Of a DNA stretch of 64,000 bases, positions 1-10,602 are shown in pieces. Positions within the stretch are counted from its first letter, which is position 1. Each line of letters opens with the position of its first letter. The notes below the pieces were generated by a model, which searched no databases, had not been told where the DNA came from, and saw nothing but the letters and a program-made list of their open reading frames with translations. This DNA is from a virus (Duplodnaviria > Caudoviricetes). The stretch covers positions 32,001 through 96,000 of the IMG/VR virus record IMGVR_UViG_3300027860_000004; one strand, 5' to 3'. A program made the position numbers and the translations under genes.

Positions 1-75
1 TGGTTTGTTTTTTGTTGCAACAGCAGTTTTTGTTACTGTTGCTGTTGTGGATTTACGTGTAACTGGTTTACTCAT
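1..75 (-). CDS. 5' end of a Lys/Thr-rich protein (MSKPVTRKSTTAT...), runs off the window
   Basis: ATG at 75 with AAGAGG SD; frame open to the window edge. Confidence 0.6.
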   Translation of the reverse strand, partial: MSKPVTRKSTTATVTKTAVATKNKP

Positions 76-119
76 TTTTAACCTCTTATATTTAATATAT
101 AGTAATTTTAGAAATTATA

Positions 120-662
120 TTAAGAATCATCACCAAAATCTAACTTAGTTAGATTAGTTGAAGATTTCTTAGGTGATTTGGGTTTAGATTGAGTAACAGC
201 CTCCTTCTCTGTATTTTTATTTTTAAATATAGATGTAGCTACAGTTTCTTCATCTATTTTGGGTTTCCCAACAAGAGTATTTTTATGTTTGTTGGGGTCA
301 AAAATCTCTACTTTGGCTTTTCCTTCATTAGGAACGCCAGTATCAAGAGATTGTTGCATTGCATAGTCGCCAATATTTTCAACTGGTTTACTTTGAACTA
401 CAGGCTTAAATTCTTCTAAATTATGCTCTATTTTTTTTGCTTTTTTAGTTTGTTTTTCTTCTTCTTCAGTTACTTTAATACCAAGTTGAGAAACACGAAC
501 TAGCTTTTCTCCGTCTTTAGGAACTATATGTTTTATATTAATAAGTTTTTGAACTCCAGGATATCTTAATTCTACTTCTGATAGCTCAAATTCTTGATAT
601 GGTCCTACTACTCTTGGGCCATAAATGTGCATATTTACATTTAAAGCATTCTTAAATTTCAT
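120..662 (-). CDS. hypothetical protein downstream of the major capsid gene
   Basis: 180 aa ORF co-oriented with the head module. Confidence 0.7.
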   Translation of the reverse strand: MKFKNALNVNMHIYGPRVVGPYQEFELSEVELRYPGVQKLINIKHIVPKDGEKLVRVSQLGIKVTEEEEKQTKKAKKIEHNLEEFKPVVQSKPVENIGDYAMQQSLDTGVPNEGKAKVEIFDPNKHKNTLVGKPKIDEETVATSIFKNKNTEKEAVTQSKPKSPKKSSTNLTKLDFGDDS

Positions 663-773
663 CTAATTTTTAACTCTTTCTACTCTGTGGTACAAATATA
701 TACGCGAGAATATAATTTTTGTATCATGTCATGTTAGATAACAAAATTACATTTAATATTATATAACACAAAT

Positions 774-804
774 AAAAAAGAGCCAGTTTTCTGACTCTTT
801 TTTT
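774..804. terminator. bidirectional intrinsic terminator after the capsid gene
   Basis: AAAAAGAGcCAG-tttt-CTGaCTCTTTTT hairpin flanked by A and T runs. Confidence 0.7.
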
Positions 805-826
805 AATTTCTTTACAACTACTAATA

Positions 827-1699
827 TTAGTTGACAGAAATTTTGCTAATACCTTTAGGGTTAACAATTGCGATACCAATTTCTTCGTAGATTACGAATC
901 CAAGACGAAGTTTGTCTGGTTGGTCGGCAGGAATAACTGTAACTTCTTGTCTTACTGGCATAACACCAACATATTCTGCTGGGGATGTGATAAGAACTGA
1001 ATCATCAGGAACTAAGTTGCTGATAAGAATGTCGTTGGTCCAAAGACGACCAAATACACCTGTTAACAAGACTTCACGTTGTGTAACGAAATCGAAGTAG
1101 TCTTTACCCCATGCACGAATATCAGCAAAACGTTGGCTATTCATAACAATTTTAGAGGTTGTAAGACGGTGTTTTTCGATTTTTGCAACTGCTGCGTTGA
1201 TAAGGTCAAGAGTTAAACGGCCAGAAGCTGTTTGAATCAAGTGGTTGAATGCAGGATTAGTTGTTTCTTGTGGGGTTGCTGCGTCAACTGCTTTTAAGAC
1301 TTCAGTATCTTCACGTTGTGCAAGTTCGTTTTTAGCTTTAACTTGGGCTCTGTCAATCAAGTTGAACATACGTTGTTTAACTTGTGATAAGCTCATTGTT
1401 GGACGAGTAACAATTAAGAAGGTAGGAACTAAGAAGTCTTCACCTTCGATGATGCTAACTGGTACTTCACCACGTTTTGCAATCAATGTTGCTGGAACGT
1501 CGATATCTTTTTCATAACGAGCAAGAGCGCCTTGTGGTAATGGGTCAACCAAAATCATTTTGCGACCGATTGATTGATAAAGCAATGCGGTTTGAATTGG
1601 ATTTGCCATGCTTTCAGCAAGAGCGTAACGGCCTTCTTCAGATTGAACTGCTTCGGCAAGAATTGCTTCTCTTTCGTCAGGAGTCATAATTTTATTCAC
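827..1699 (-). CDS. major capsid protein (HK97 fold, encapsulin-like size)
   Basis: 290 aa, GTG start with GGAGG SD; LA.SM..PI...L.Y..IGRK..VD.LPQG N-terminus and EEIGIAIVNP.GI C-terminal strand typical of large-phage capsids; follows scaffold and protease genes. Confidence 0.85.
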   Translation of the reverse strand: MNKIMTPDEREAILAEAVQSEEGRYALAESMANPIQTALLYQSIGRKMILVDPLPQGALARYEKDIDVPATLIAKRGEVPVSIIEGEDFLVPTFLIVTRPTMSLSQVKQRMFNLIDRAQVKAKNELAQREDTEVLKAVDAATPQETTNPAFNHLIQTASGRLTLDLINAAVAKIEKHRLTTSKIVMNSQRFADIRAWGKDYFDFVTQREVLLTGVFGRLWTNDILISNLVPDDSVLITSPAEYVGVMPVRQEVTVIPADQPDKLRLGFVIYEEIGIAIVNPKGISKISVN

Positions 1700-1811
1700 G
1701 GGATTTACCTCCGACGTTTGAATTTATCAAACGTTAACTTTAGGGTATTGTGTGTTTAGGGTTTTATTTTTAATTGAGAGGTGGATAAACCACCCCTCAA
1801 CCAAATTTTTA

Positions 1812-2408
1812 TTATAGAACTGTTAACTTGAAGTTAAGGAAGTTATTACCATCGTTGGCAAGGACAACTACACCGACAGCAAGAGGTCCAGAACTTGGAG
1901 CAACGTTTGTTACACGGCCGGTTCCGTCTTGCATGACGTAAAGTGTTTGACCAGGTGTGTATGTTTGGGTTGCATCGTATTGGTCAGTACCATAAATACC
2001 ACCACGGGTATAAATTGTTACGTAACGAGTATCAATGTTAGGGTTTGTTGCTGTTTCGTCGCGTAAGTTAGTTGTGGTAGGAATGGTGTTTGGTGGAATA
2101 ATATTATTGATACCATTTGTAGTACCGAATAATGAGTTACCATGACCTGGTTGGTTGAACAAGGTTTCGTTTCCGTAACCTGTTGCATCAACACCTGATA
2201 AGAATGAAGCGATTGAGATACCTGGGTATGCAGAACGACGGTCAGCAAGAATACCGAATGCGCCTGTTACACCGTCAGAAACCACACCGTTGCCGTTTGC
2301 ATCAAGCATACCAATTGCCCCAGCTTCCCAATAAATTGGGGCAGATGAGTTAAAAGGTTGAACTGGAATTTGGCCTACTGGGGTTCCTTCATAAATTGGA
2401 TGAAGCAT
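1812..2408 (-). CDS. putative capsid decoration/cement protein
   Basis: immediately upstream of the capsid gene; TDQYD..YTPGQTLY..G.VT..VGVV beta-rich pattern. Confidence 0.6.
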   Translation of the reverse strand: MLHPIYEGTPVGQIPVQPFNSSAPIYWEAGAIGMLDANGNGVVSDGVTGAFGILADRRSAYPGISIASFLSGVDATGYGNETLFNQPGHGNSLFGTTNGINNIIPPNTIPTTTNLRDETATNPNIDTRYVTIYTRGGIYGTDQYDATQTYTPGQTLYVMQDGTGRVTNVAPSSGPLAVGVVVLANDGNNFLNFKLTVL

Positions 2409-2512
2409 TTTTGAACTCCTTAATATTACTATTTGCGCTGAACTGGTTTTTCACAGCCAGTACAAATTTGGATGTTTACAAATTAAGTAATATAAAAGTA
2501 TTTAAATTTAGT

Positions 2513-2551
2513 AACAAAAAAGGCACCTTTTTTATTAAGGTGCCTTTTGTT
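2513..2551. terminator. intrinsic terminator after the scaffold gene
   Basis: AAAAGGCACCTT-N7-AAGGTGCCTTTT perfect inverted repeat. Confidence 0.8.
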
Positions 2552-2566
2552 AGAACTAAAACTAGA

Positions 2567-4450
2567 TTATCTTAATCCAAGTTTTGCATCTTTTTCAAGT
2601 TTACTTTCAATGGTTTGCCAATCAAGATTTGCAAGAGCAGCAAATTTTGAATCCTTAGATAAACGTGGTGTAGAATCAACACTTCTCAAAGTGATTGGAC
2701 TCTTAAGACCAGCAGTTGTTTCAAGACCCATTTGGTCATTACCAGGTTTACGAGCAACTTTTTTAGCAGATGGAGTTTCAGGAGATTCGTCATAAACATC
2801 CTCTACTGCGCCATTATCTTCAAATGTTGCATCGTTTGCTTTAATGGAACGATTTTCTGGTGTTGGGACCATTTCGATTGCTTCTTTTTGAAGAGTGAAA
2901 CGTGTTTCGTCAAGAGAAGCATAACGGACTACAAGTTCATCATATTGTTGTTCAGTTGCAACTAAACCTTTTGCTTGAGCTAAACGAGCAAGTTCAATTG
3001 CGCTGGCAAGACCAACAAGACGGTCACCTGTTGGAGTTTTATCAGATTCTGCTTTTGCAGTTTCCCAATCTTTTGCTTTTTGATGAGAACCATCACCAGT
3101 TTCTTTTTCTGTTGGTGGAACTGGATGGTCGGGTTGTAAATATGTTCCCATATCTTTTGTAGTACGTTTGTTTGTTACGTTTTTAGCAGAATCTTTTTCT
3201 GTTTGAACTTCACGTTTTGATTCTGGTGTATCACCAAAGTAAACTTCTGCTTCATCAGCATGAGTTGCATCTGTAGGAAGTTTTTGTTTCTTTGTTTCAA
3301 TTGTTGAAATAGGACGGTCAGCAGTTGCCGGAGAATAAGCGATAGGAGCATCGCCTTTAAGCGGACTTTCGACTGTTTCAGTTGATTTTGGCATTTCTTT
3401 TGGTGTTGGTTCTGATTTGCCATCAACTGTTGCTGTTCTTTGCATACGAAGTTTTGCAAGATGTGCAACTACTTTTGCTTTGCGGTCATCTTCTTCTTTT
3501 TCTTCTTGAACATCTTTACGGTCTTCTGGGTCCGCAGGGAAGACATTTTTTTCAGAATTATCAAGAGCTTCAATTAAATGAAGAAGGGCATATTTTATAG
3601 CAGCTTTATCCATTGTTTCGTCATCCTTTTTGTCGTCTTCTTCGGCATCGCCTTTTAAGAAATCTGGTTTGTCGTCATTTTCCATCATTTCAGCTAATTT
3701 ACGAAGATTTGAAGCTTTTTCTAAACGAGCAGCTTTTGGAAGTGAAAATAAAGAGTTCAAACGTGCTTTAACTTCTTTTTCTTCAGCAGCATCATCAGAC
3801 TCTGGTTTTTCTTCTTCTTTATTCATTTTTGGTTCACTTTCTTCTTCAGAATCTTCTTCTTTTTCAGCAGGAGCAGATTCTTCGCTTTTTGGCGGTTCTG
3901 CTTTTTTAGGAGGAAAAGGAGCAGCAGGCGCTTCAGCAGATTTTTCTTCTGCACCAGCTTTTTCTTCTGCGGCATCATCTTTCTTTAAAGAAGGCATATC
4001 ATTTTTGCCCATATCTTTTTTGATAAGCATTTCGATAACATTAACAAGGGCATCTACTGCTGGGTCGCCAAGTTTTTCTGAAGTGTGTTCAAGGTCTTCA
4101 ATAGGAGCAAGTTCTGGAATTTTTGCTTCGGCAGTTTCTTCGGCTGGAGTTTCACCAAAAGCATGGTCCATAGGACTCATTGCCGGAGGCATTTCTTCTC
4201 CAAAAGCTTTTGCAAGTAAAGCTACAACTTTAGAAAGTGCAGCCTCTTTTTTGCTTGGTGCAGTTGCTGGAACGCTATATGAACCTGCTCCATCTTTTGC
4301 ATCCATTTTGCCCATAATTTTTTCAACGACTTTTTGAATAAAAGCGTCATCTTCGGATACTGCGTCAACAATCCCATCAATATTTTTTGGGTCTTCAGAA
4401 GCCTTAGCAGTTAATGCTGCAAGACGTTCTTTGATAGATTTCTTATCCAT
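2567..4450 (-). CDS. putative capsid scaffolding protein
   Basis: 627 aa acidic, E/K/P-rich low-complexity protein between protease and capsid genes. Confidence 0.55.
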   Translation of the reverse strand: MDKKSIKERLAALTAKASEDPKNIDGIVDAVSEDDAFIQKVVEKIMGKMDAKDGAGSYSVPATAPSKKEAALSKVVALLAKAFGEEMPPAMSPMDHAFGETPAEETAEAKIPELAPIEDLEHTSEKLGDPAVDALVNVIEMLIKKDMGKNDMPSLKKDDAAEEKAGAEEKSAEAPAAPFPPKKAEPPKSEESAPAEKEEDSEEESEPKMNKEEEKPESDDAAEEKEVKARLNSLFSLPKAARLEKASNLRKLAEMMENDDKPDFLKGDAEEDDKKDDETMDKAAIKYALLHLIEALDNSEKNVFPADPEDRKDVQEEKEEDDRKAKVVAHLAKLRMQRTATVDGKSEPTPKEMPKSTETVESPLKGDAPIAYSPATADRPISTIETKKQKLPTDATHADEAEVYFGDTPESKREVQTEKDSAKNVTNKRTTKDMGTYLQPDHPVPPTEKETGDGSHQKAKDWETAKAESDKTPTGDRLVGLASAIELARLAQAKGLVATEQQYDELVVRYASLDETRFTLQKEAIEMVPTPENRSIKANDATFEDNGAVEDVYDESPETPSAKKVARKPGNDQMGLETTAGLKSPITLRSVDSTPRLSKDSKFAALANLDWQTIESKLEKDAKLGLR

Positions 4451-4535
4451 TAGAATTAATACTCCTCACACTACGAAAAACAAAGTTTAAATACTTTATC
4501 TACAAAAATTAGACTATTTAAGTAAACTGAAAATG

Positions 4536-7500
4536 TTACAACTTACCTAAACCACCGGCACTTGGGTTAAGTTCTTTAGGTTTATTTGATTTAGTTTTAA
4601 CTGGATTATTTTTACGTTGGGTGCCACCTTGAGTATACCCAGGGCTCATATTCGTTCCATCAAGACAAACGCAAGAATCTGTTGGCATACCACAAGTTGC
4701 ACATGGTTTATTCGAAGAAGCAATAAATTTATTTAAATAACTTGCAGTTTTTTGTAAAGTTACATTAATGAAAGTTTCTAAACAAGCATCTTTTTTTTCT
4801 TTATTCCAATGGGCCATTGCTTCTTCGTAAGTCATACCATTATGACGCATTTGACAAACTGCACCGCATTCTGGCGAATCTTTAGGTGCATTCTCATGTG
4901 ATTTTGCTTTATATTTCATTTTTTCATTAACCCAATGATTTAAATTATCATTAAATTCAATATCATTTTTATGAGGTGCTTTGCCTTTATCTAATTCTTT
5001 CCAAAAATCAGGGTGTTGTTCTAAAAATTTTCTACCAACTTCACGCACTTCATCTTCGGTTAAATATTCTGCTTTTTGATGCAATGAAGCAAATTTAATT
5101 AATGCCGAATCACTAAATATCTCTTCTGCCATAGAAGTAATAATATCTGAAACATCATAACCATCATCCGCAAGATATTGGCCAGCAGTAACAATAATAT
5201 TAAATTCATTCAATGCTGCCATAATAGGATTATCTTGGATAATATCTTTACCACTTAAACCATATGTTGAAGATTGTGGTTTTGGAGTAGGTTTATTAGT
5301 GAAAGATTTGACTTTATCGCCGACCCATTTTTTAACGTTATTTAAACGGTCTGATAAAGCAGGCTTATTTTGAATATCATGTTTTCCTGGAGCATTATTA
5401 AAATATTGATGTACTCTATCAAGAAAATTATTAAACATGCTACCTTGATTAGGGTCATCATGTTTGCCACCACCTTCAAATAAACTTGGATATAATTTTT
5501 CCAAAGATTCATTTGTTAAAGGCGAATTATCATATGAAACAAATTTATTGTCTTTTTTACGTTGCTCAGAAGGTCCTTGATAACGTGGATATTCTTTAAG
5601 AATTTTTTCAGGTGGAGCAGGTGGCAAATTTTGCATTGGACCTCTTGGTTCCATCCCATCATCTATTCTGCGTTGATTGATTTCGTTTGAAGAAATAGCA
5701 GGTCCATGCTTTTTATCATATTTTGTACGAGCAGGATTCTTTTGTAATTTTTGGTATGTTTCAGGGCGACGACCAGATGGTAATTCAGGATTAGTTCCAG
5801 AAACGTTGAAATTAACACCACCTGGATTTACTAATGCAATTTTATTTAAAACTGATTCAACATTAATACCTTCGTCTTCAAGATTTTTTGCAATTTTTAG
5901 AATTACATCTTTAAGACCTGCATAAACAGAATAGTTATTTTCTTGATTATTTAATTGTCCCATTGCTTTATCCAATGTTTCTTTTACATGTAGTTTTTGT
6001 AGTGGGCCAGTATCTTGATATGTTTTGCCTTTACCTAAATTAATTGTTGCATGTGGGTGTTTATCAAATTTTCCAGAATCAAGTAAATCATGATAATCCA
6101 TTAATTTTCCAACTTGATGTTCTGTTATACCATTAGAAGGCAATCTCATATCACCAGGAGACACATGTACATGGGAACTTGGTAAGTTATCTGCTTCTTT
6201 ATCTTTACCAATATCTCTTAAATGATTTTCATAATCCTCATGATGAGCATAACCAGGAACACTAAAAAAATTACCTTTAGGGTCAATCCAACCATATGGA
6301 GTTAGAGGTCCTGGTTTCCCTAATGGAACTTCTTGAGGTTTTGGTTTGTTTCCATTAACCATTTCTCTAATTTCTTTTAGAGAAGTCGCTAAACTATATA
6401 ATTCTAAAGCAGAAGCATAATGGTCAAAATTTTGACCTTTATCATCATTATTTGGACTATCATTTGTTATTTCACTTGGCTTAGTAACTTTTATGGTAGG
6501 CTTTTTAATTGGTAAAATTGGCTCTTGAGGAAACATCTTGGTTGGGTCAATCATAGATGCTTGACCCAACATAGGCGAATCATCTTTATTAGGGTCGTGT
6601 TCACCACCATAATCAATACCTGTGTCATGCATATCGGCATATTCACCATCAACTGCTTCGCCATCAACATCAGTAGCACCAGAAATACCTTGGTCATCAG
6701 CAACTATAAACAATTTTTTTAAAATTGAAGCATCATTATTAGATAATAAACCTTCAACAGTTAATTTTGTAATTATTTTATTAAATACTTTAGTTACTTT
6801 TGGTTTATTTGTTCTTCTAGCTTCATTCCACCATTGGTCATGTTTTTCAGGCATATATAAATCTTTTGATTCTCTAGGCCCTTTTACTTGACGTTCTTCT
6901 TTAGGAATTGAGCGACATTTAGCACAAAATAAGCCACCATCAGCAGGTGAGGAACAGCCTTCTCCAAAACATTTAACTTGTTTTTTAGCAGCATTTTGTT
7001 CAATTTTTTCAGGATTATTTTTGGGAGTAACTTTTGGTAATGTGGATTTAACTTTATTTACTACTGAATCAATAGCTGGTTTAGTTTGAGGAGTAATCAT
7101 TTGTTGTGCTAAATCTCCCCAAGGTACTCCGCTACTTTGAAGTTGCACAAAAGTATTCATTAAATCATTCAAAGAAGCTTTTGAAAGAATTTTATCAATA
7201 TCAAATTTATCTTCGCCGCCACCATAATATATGATTTTACATAAAAGTTCTTTAACGCCTGCAACTTTTGCAGCACGAATTCTGTGATTTCCGTCATCAA
7301 CATAAATCTTGCCATCATGTTGAATACCTAAAGTGACAGGATTTTCTCTTTGCCACTTAGTATCACTTACAATTTTAGACATGCCTTGGATTTTATCCAT
7401 GTCTAATTTTAAAACTTTATGCTCACCACGAAGTCCTGGTAATTTTATCAAATAAGAAACAGGCAGACTAACTAATTTTGTATGTCTAGCAGTAGGACGA

Positions 7501-8033
7501 CCTGGATGTTCTTTAACCCACTCTTTATCTTTGGCTTTTTGATATTTTTCTGGTTCCATGATTGATGCTTGTTTTTCTCCAACATTTTCTTTTGAAACTT
7601 CATAGTGATGACCCGGCAAACCTACTTTAGCCGGGCTAATATCTCCCATAATATAACCATCTTGATTTTTATAAGGTCCAAAATCATGTGAAATATTTTT
7701 TTGATGTGGTGAAGGACTATTATCAACCCAAGTACGTAAACCACGAACAGGAGCATGAGTATAACCCATTTCACTTAAAGCTTTTGTTCTATGATTGCCT
7801 TCTCCTAAATTTACAAGATTTTGTTCTGGGTCAAATGACAAAATTAATGGTTCATTTAATCCGTTTGAAGAAATATCTTTTTTTAATTCATTAATATCTG
7901 TTTTACCAATTTTATTTCCTGGAATAGAATGAAGAAAATCAAGCGGCATTAAAGAAACTTTATTATCTTTGGTATATGCATTATCATGCCATTTGCCATG
8001 TGGAACTTTAATATCTTGATTTAATTCATCCAT
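4536..8033 (-). CDS. large multi-domain head-module protein with two ParB/Srx N-terminal-like domains
   Basis: GLNEPL..GEGNHR.KAL and NPVTL..VDDGNHRIRAA motifs, a GWIDPKG module and several Cys clusters. Confidence 0.65.
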   Translation of the reverse strand: MDELNQDIKVPHGKWHDNAYTKDNKVSLMPLDFLHSIPGNKIGKTDINELKKDISSNGLNEPLILSFDPEQNLVNLGEGNHRTKALSEMGYTHAPVRGLRTWVDNSPSPHQKNISHDFGPYKNQDGYIMGDISPAKVGLPGHHYEVSKENVGEKQASIMEPEKYQKAKDKEWVKEHPGRPTARHTKLVSLPVSYLIKLPGLRGEHKVLKLDMDKIQGMSKIVSDTKWQRENPVTLGIQHDGKIYVDDGNHRIRAAKVAGVKELLCKIIYYGGGEDKFDIDKILSKASLNDLMNTFVQLQSSGVPWGDLAQQMITPQTKPAIDSVVNKVKSTLPKVTPKNNPEKIEQNAAKKQVKCFGEGCSSPADGGLFCAKCRSIPKEERQVKGPRESKDLYMPEKHDQWWNEARRTNKPKVTKVFNKIITKLTVEGLLSNNDASILKKLFIVADDQGISGATDVDGEAVDGEYADMHDTGIDYGGEHDPNKDDSPMLGQASMIDPTKMFPQEPILPIKKPTIKVTKPSEITNDSPNNDDKGQNFDHYASALELYSLATSLKEIREMVNGNKPKPQEVPLGKPGPLTPYGWIDPKGNFFSVPGYAHHEDYENHLRDIGKDKEADNLPSSHVHVSPGDMRLPSNGITEHQVGKLMDYHDLLDSGKFDKHPHATINLGKGKTYQDTGPLQKLHVKETLDKAMGQLNNQENNYSVYAGLKDVILKIAKNLEDEGINVESVLNKIALVNPGGVNFNVSGTNPELPSGRRPETYQKLQKNPARTKYDKKHGPAISSNEINQRRIDDGMEPRGPMQNLPPAPPEKILKEYPRYQGPSEQRKKDNKFVSYDNSPLTNESLEKLYPSLFEGGGKHDDPNQGSMFNNFLDRVHQYFNNAPGKHDIQNKPALSDRLNNVKKWVGDKVKSFTNKPTPKPQSSTYGLSGKDIIQDNPIMAALNEFNIIVTAGQYLADDGYDVSDIITSMAEEIFSDSALIKFASLHQKAEYLTEDEVREVGRKFLEQHPDFWKELDKGKAPHKNDIEFNDNLNHWVNEKMKYKAKSHENAPKDSPECGAVCQMRHNGMTYEEAMAHWNKEKKDACLETFINVTLQKTASYLNKFIASSNKPCATCGMPTDSCVCLDGTNMSPGYTQGGTQRKNNPVKTKSNKPKELNPSAGGLGKL

Positions 8034-8036
8034 ATT

Positions 8037-8558
8037 TTAGCATCCTAATACTTCAATTTGACTAATTAGTTCTGCTAGTATTTTTTTATCTTCGGTTTTT
8101 TCTGCTTTTTTAAGTAGTTGTTCTGCCAATAAAGCTTTGCAATCGTCAAGCATTTCATAATTTTCTTCATCTTGACCATTATCTTCTTCAATTTTATCTA
8201 AAATATGATGCATTAATTCAACTAATGAAGAAGTTAAATCATCATCATCTTCGTTATCAGTAAATTCTTCAATAATTGTTTCAGGAAGTTCAGTTGTTGG
8301 AACATCTTTTGTAATACCTTGGTCATTCTTTACCATAGATGCTTCAACATCGGGTTCTTCGCCAAGTTGTAATTCATTTATCGTTGCCAAAAGTAATAAT
8401 CCGGCTTCTTTTGAACGAAAAGAAACATCTTCTGTTGCCCATGTTTCAGGTTTAATAATTGCTTCAGGGACCGAACTTGCTTGGCTAAATATGCGCCATT
8501 CTGATGGTTCATTAATATATTGAGCAGTAAAACGTCCACTCGTTAAAATTTCATCCAT
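8037..8558 (-). CDS. acidic hypothetical protein
   Basis: 173 aa, tightly packed in the head operon. Confidence 0.7.
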   Translation of the reverse strand: MDEILTSGRFTAQYINEPSEWRIFSQASSVPEAIIKPETWATEDVSFRSKEAGLLLLATINELQLGEEPDVEASMVKNDQGITKDVPTTELPETIIEEFTDNEDDDDLTSSLVELMHHILDKIEEDNGQDEENYEMLDDCKALLAEQLLKKAEKTEDKKILAELISQIEVLGC

Positions 8559-8560
8559 AT

Positions 8561-9343
8561 CTATTTAATCTCTCTTTGTTGACGAGCATAACGAATACCT
8601 TGAAGAATTGTTGTTTCAATACCAACTTTTTCAACACTACTTTCGATAGCTTCAAAAAATTGATTACCAGATGCAGCTTTTTGAAGTAATTGTTGAAAAT
8701 CTAATCCTTTTTGTCTAGCAATAATTTCAATTAATTTTGCTTGTGGGTCTGCTCCAACGGTAACCCAGGAAACTTCAATAAATTCAACATCTTTATTGAT
8801 TTCATAAACAGGCTTACCATCATATGCTCCGCCTTTATGCATTTTAACATGAAAACAATAATTTGCTGTTGTTTTTGCTTTATGATGACAAATACTGCAT
8901 TCTGAAAAAGCAACTTGACAACCCATACTTACACTATCAATTTGTTTTGAACGAATCATTTGGCAGAAATCTGGATATGCTTTTTCATTCATTTCTAATA
9001 ATGTAACTACATATTTATCTCCGCGAGATTCAACCCAACGTGCATCAACAATTTTACCACGTTTTTTTTCAATATCATTTGAAGCATGATTAACAAAAAC
9101 GCCTTTTCCAATAAATGTTTTATAGGCCTTTTTTAATTCTTCTTCAGTAAAATGGTCACCATTTCCATTAGTTCCGACAGAAACTGCTCTTACAGCAACG
9201 TAAAGCATCCCGTCTTGTTTTTCAAAAGACCAATCGCCATCTTCAGCAATTCCATAAGATGGTGCTACATTTGCAGTACGCCATGAAGATGTTTTGTCCA
9301 AATTTGCTTCTAAAATTGGAGCATTTGCAATCTTATAAATCAT
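8561..9343 (-). CDS. prohead maturation protease with Zn-ribbon insertion
   Basis: N.NGD.F, FVNH (catalytic His), SVSMG (catalytic Ser), CSIC..C.H insertion, EVSWV..GAD. Confidence 0.85.
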   Translation of the reverse strand: MIYKIANAPILEANLDKTSSWRTANVAPSYGIAEDGDWSFEKQDGMLYVAVRAVSVGTNGNGDHFTEEELKKAYKTFIGKGVFVNHASNDIEKKRGKIVDARWVESRGDKYVVTLLEMNEKAYPDFCQMIRSKQIDSVSMGCQVAFSECSICHHKAKTTANYCFHVKMHKGGAYDGKPVYEINKDVEFIEVSWVTVGADPQAKLIEIIARQKGLDFQQLLQKAASGNQFFEAIESSVEKVGIETTILQGIRYARQQREIK

Positions 9344-9347
9344 TTAT

Positions 9348-9902
9348 TTACCTTTTTAGAGGATTAGAAATACTTTGAGGTCCATCTGCTGGCGAACTTA
9401 TTGTAGTTGTAGTAGTATTAATCGGAATGGATGGATTTGCTGTATAAATTGCATGAGAAATTACAGTAGTAGCGATAGAAGATACAACTGCTGCGAGAAC
9501 AGAGGCAACAGCGTTACGTATCCATTCTGGAGTACGGTGTCTTTTAAATTCTTCAATATCTTCATCACGAACTTCATTTTCCTTATCGTATTTTTCTAAA
9601 TTTTGTTCAATAGCAGCAAAACGTTCTTCAAAAGTTTCCCATTTGGTTTCTAATTCTTGTCTAGGAACAACGCTATTAATTTTTTCTTGAATATTTAAAG
9701 ATGTTGATTCAAGTCTTTGAGCAGCATATTCACGATAAGTATTAAATTCTGAACTTAAAACAAATCGGTTAAATTCACTTTTAAGATTAGCTACTGTATT
9801 ATTTAAAGCATCTATTTCATGCCTAGTTGGTAAACTATCTACCTTGATTGCTAAATCACGAATTAATTGCTGTAATAATGCATTATCATCCGGCATAATC
9901 AA
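9348..9902 (-). CDS. coiled-coil protein with a C-terminal hydrophobic segment
   Basis: heptad-rich N-terminus then AVASVLAAVVSSIATTVI. Confidence 0.55.
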   Translation of the reverse strand: MIMPDDNALLQQLIRDLAIKVDSLPTRHEIDALNNTVANLKSEFNRFVLSSEFNTYREYAAQRLESTSLNIQEKINSVVPRQELETKWETFEERFAAIEQNLEKYDKENEVRDEDIEEFKRHRTPEWIRNAVASVLAAVVSSIATTVISHAIYTANPSIPINTTTTTISSPADGPQSISNPLKR

Positions 9903-10051
9903 TTATCCTTTAAAAACAATAGCCAAACTTGTGCAATCGCCAAGTTAGCTCACATGAAAAGATTATGCAATTACCATATTTTTGCAACCACGAATATGCT
10001 TTGACATATAATATAACTATAACAACTCTGGCATCCATAAAGAGGTACGCT

Positions 10052-10573
10052 ATGCTAGACCAAACAGAAGTATTAAAATTATTAAAAAAACCATTACCAA
10101 CAAAAGTACGTGAAGGCCGTAAAGGCGCAGTTTATACATATATTCCAACAAGATATGTTTCTGATAGATTAACAGACGTTTTTGGACTTAATTGGAGTTT
10201 TGAAATCAAAGGAACATACATTGAAAAAGACCATGTTGCAGTTTTAGGAAGACTCGTTTATCCTTTAGGGGATGGTTCTTTTGGATTCAAAGAACATTTT
10301 GGTGGAACTAAATATGAAGATTCAGTTGGTTTAGGAGATTCACTTAAAAAAAGTGCTTCGTTGGCTTTGAAAAAGGCAGCATCATTAATTGGGATTGACC
10401 TTCAAGATGAAGAAGATACTCCCGTGAATGACGAACAGCGAGCAAAAATTTTAACCTTAGTTAAAAAAGTTGACGCAAATGCAACAACTGAAAAAATAGA
10501 AGAAATGATATCAGGCATGAATTATGCTCAAGCCGAAGAAGTAATATCAACTTTAGAAAAAAATATAGCATAA
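10052..10573 (+). CDS. sak: Rad52/Rad22-family (Sak) ssDNA annealing protein
   Basis: YI..RYV..RL..VFG.NWSFEI and K.A.S.ALKKAA..IGI motifs; start moved to ATG 10052, which has an AGAGG SD. Confidence 0.8.
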   Translation: MLDQTEVLKLLKKPLPTKVREGRKGAVYTYIPTRYVSDRLTDVFGLNWSFEIKGTYIEKDHVAVLGRLVYPLGDGSFGFKEHFGGTKYEDSVGLGDSLKKSASLALKKAASLIGIDLQDEEDTPVNDEQRAKILTLVKKVDANATTEKIEEMISGMNYAQAEEVISTLEKNIA

Positions 10574-10576
10574 ATC

Positions 10577-10602
10577 AAAGCCCTCGAAAGAGGGCTTTTT
10601 TT
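10577..10602. terminator. bidirectional terminator between convergent genes
   Basis: AAAGCCCTC-GAAA-GAGGGCTTT plus T run. Confidence 0.85.
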
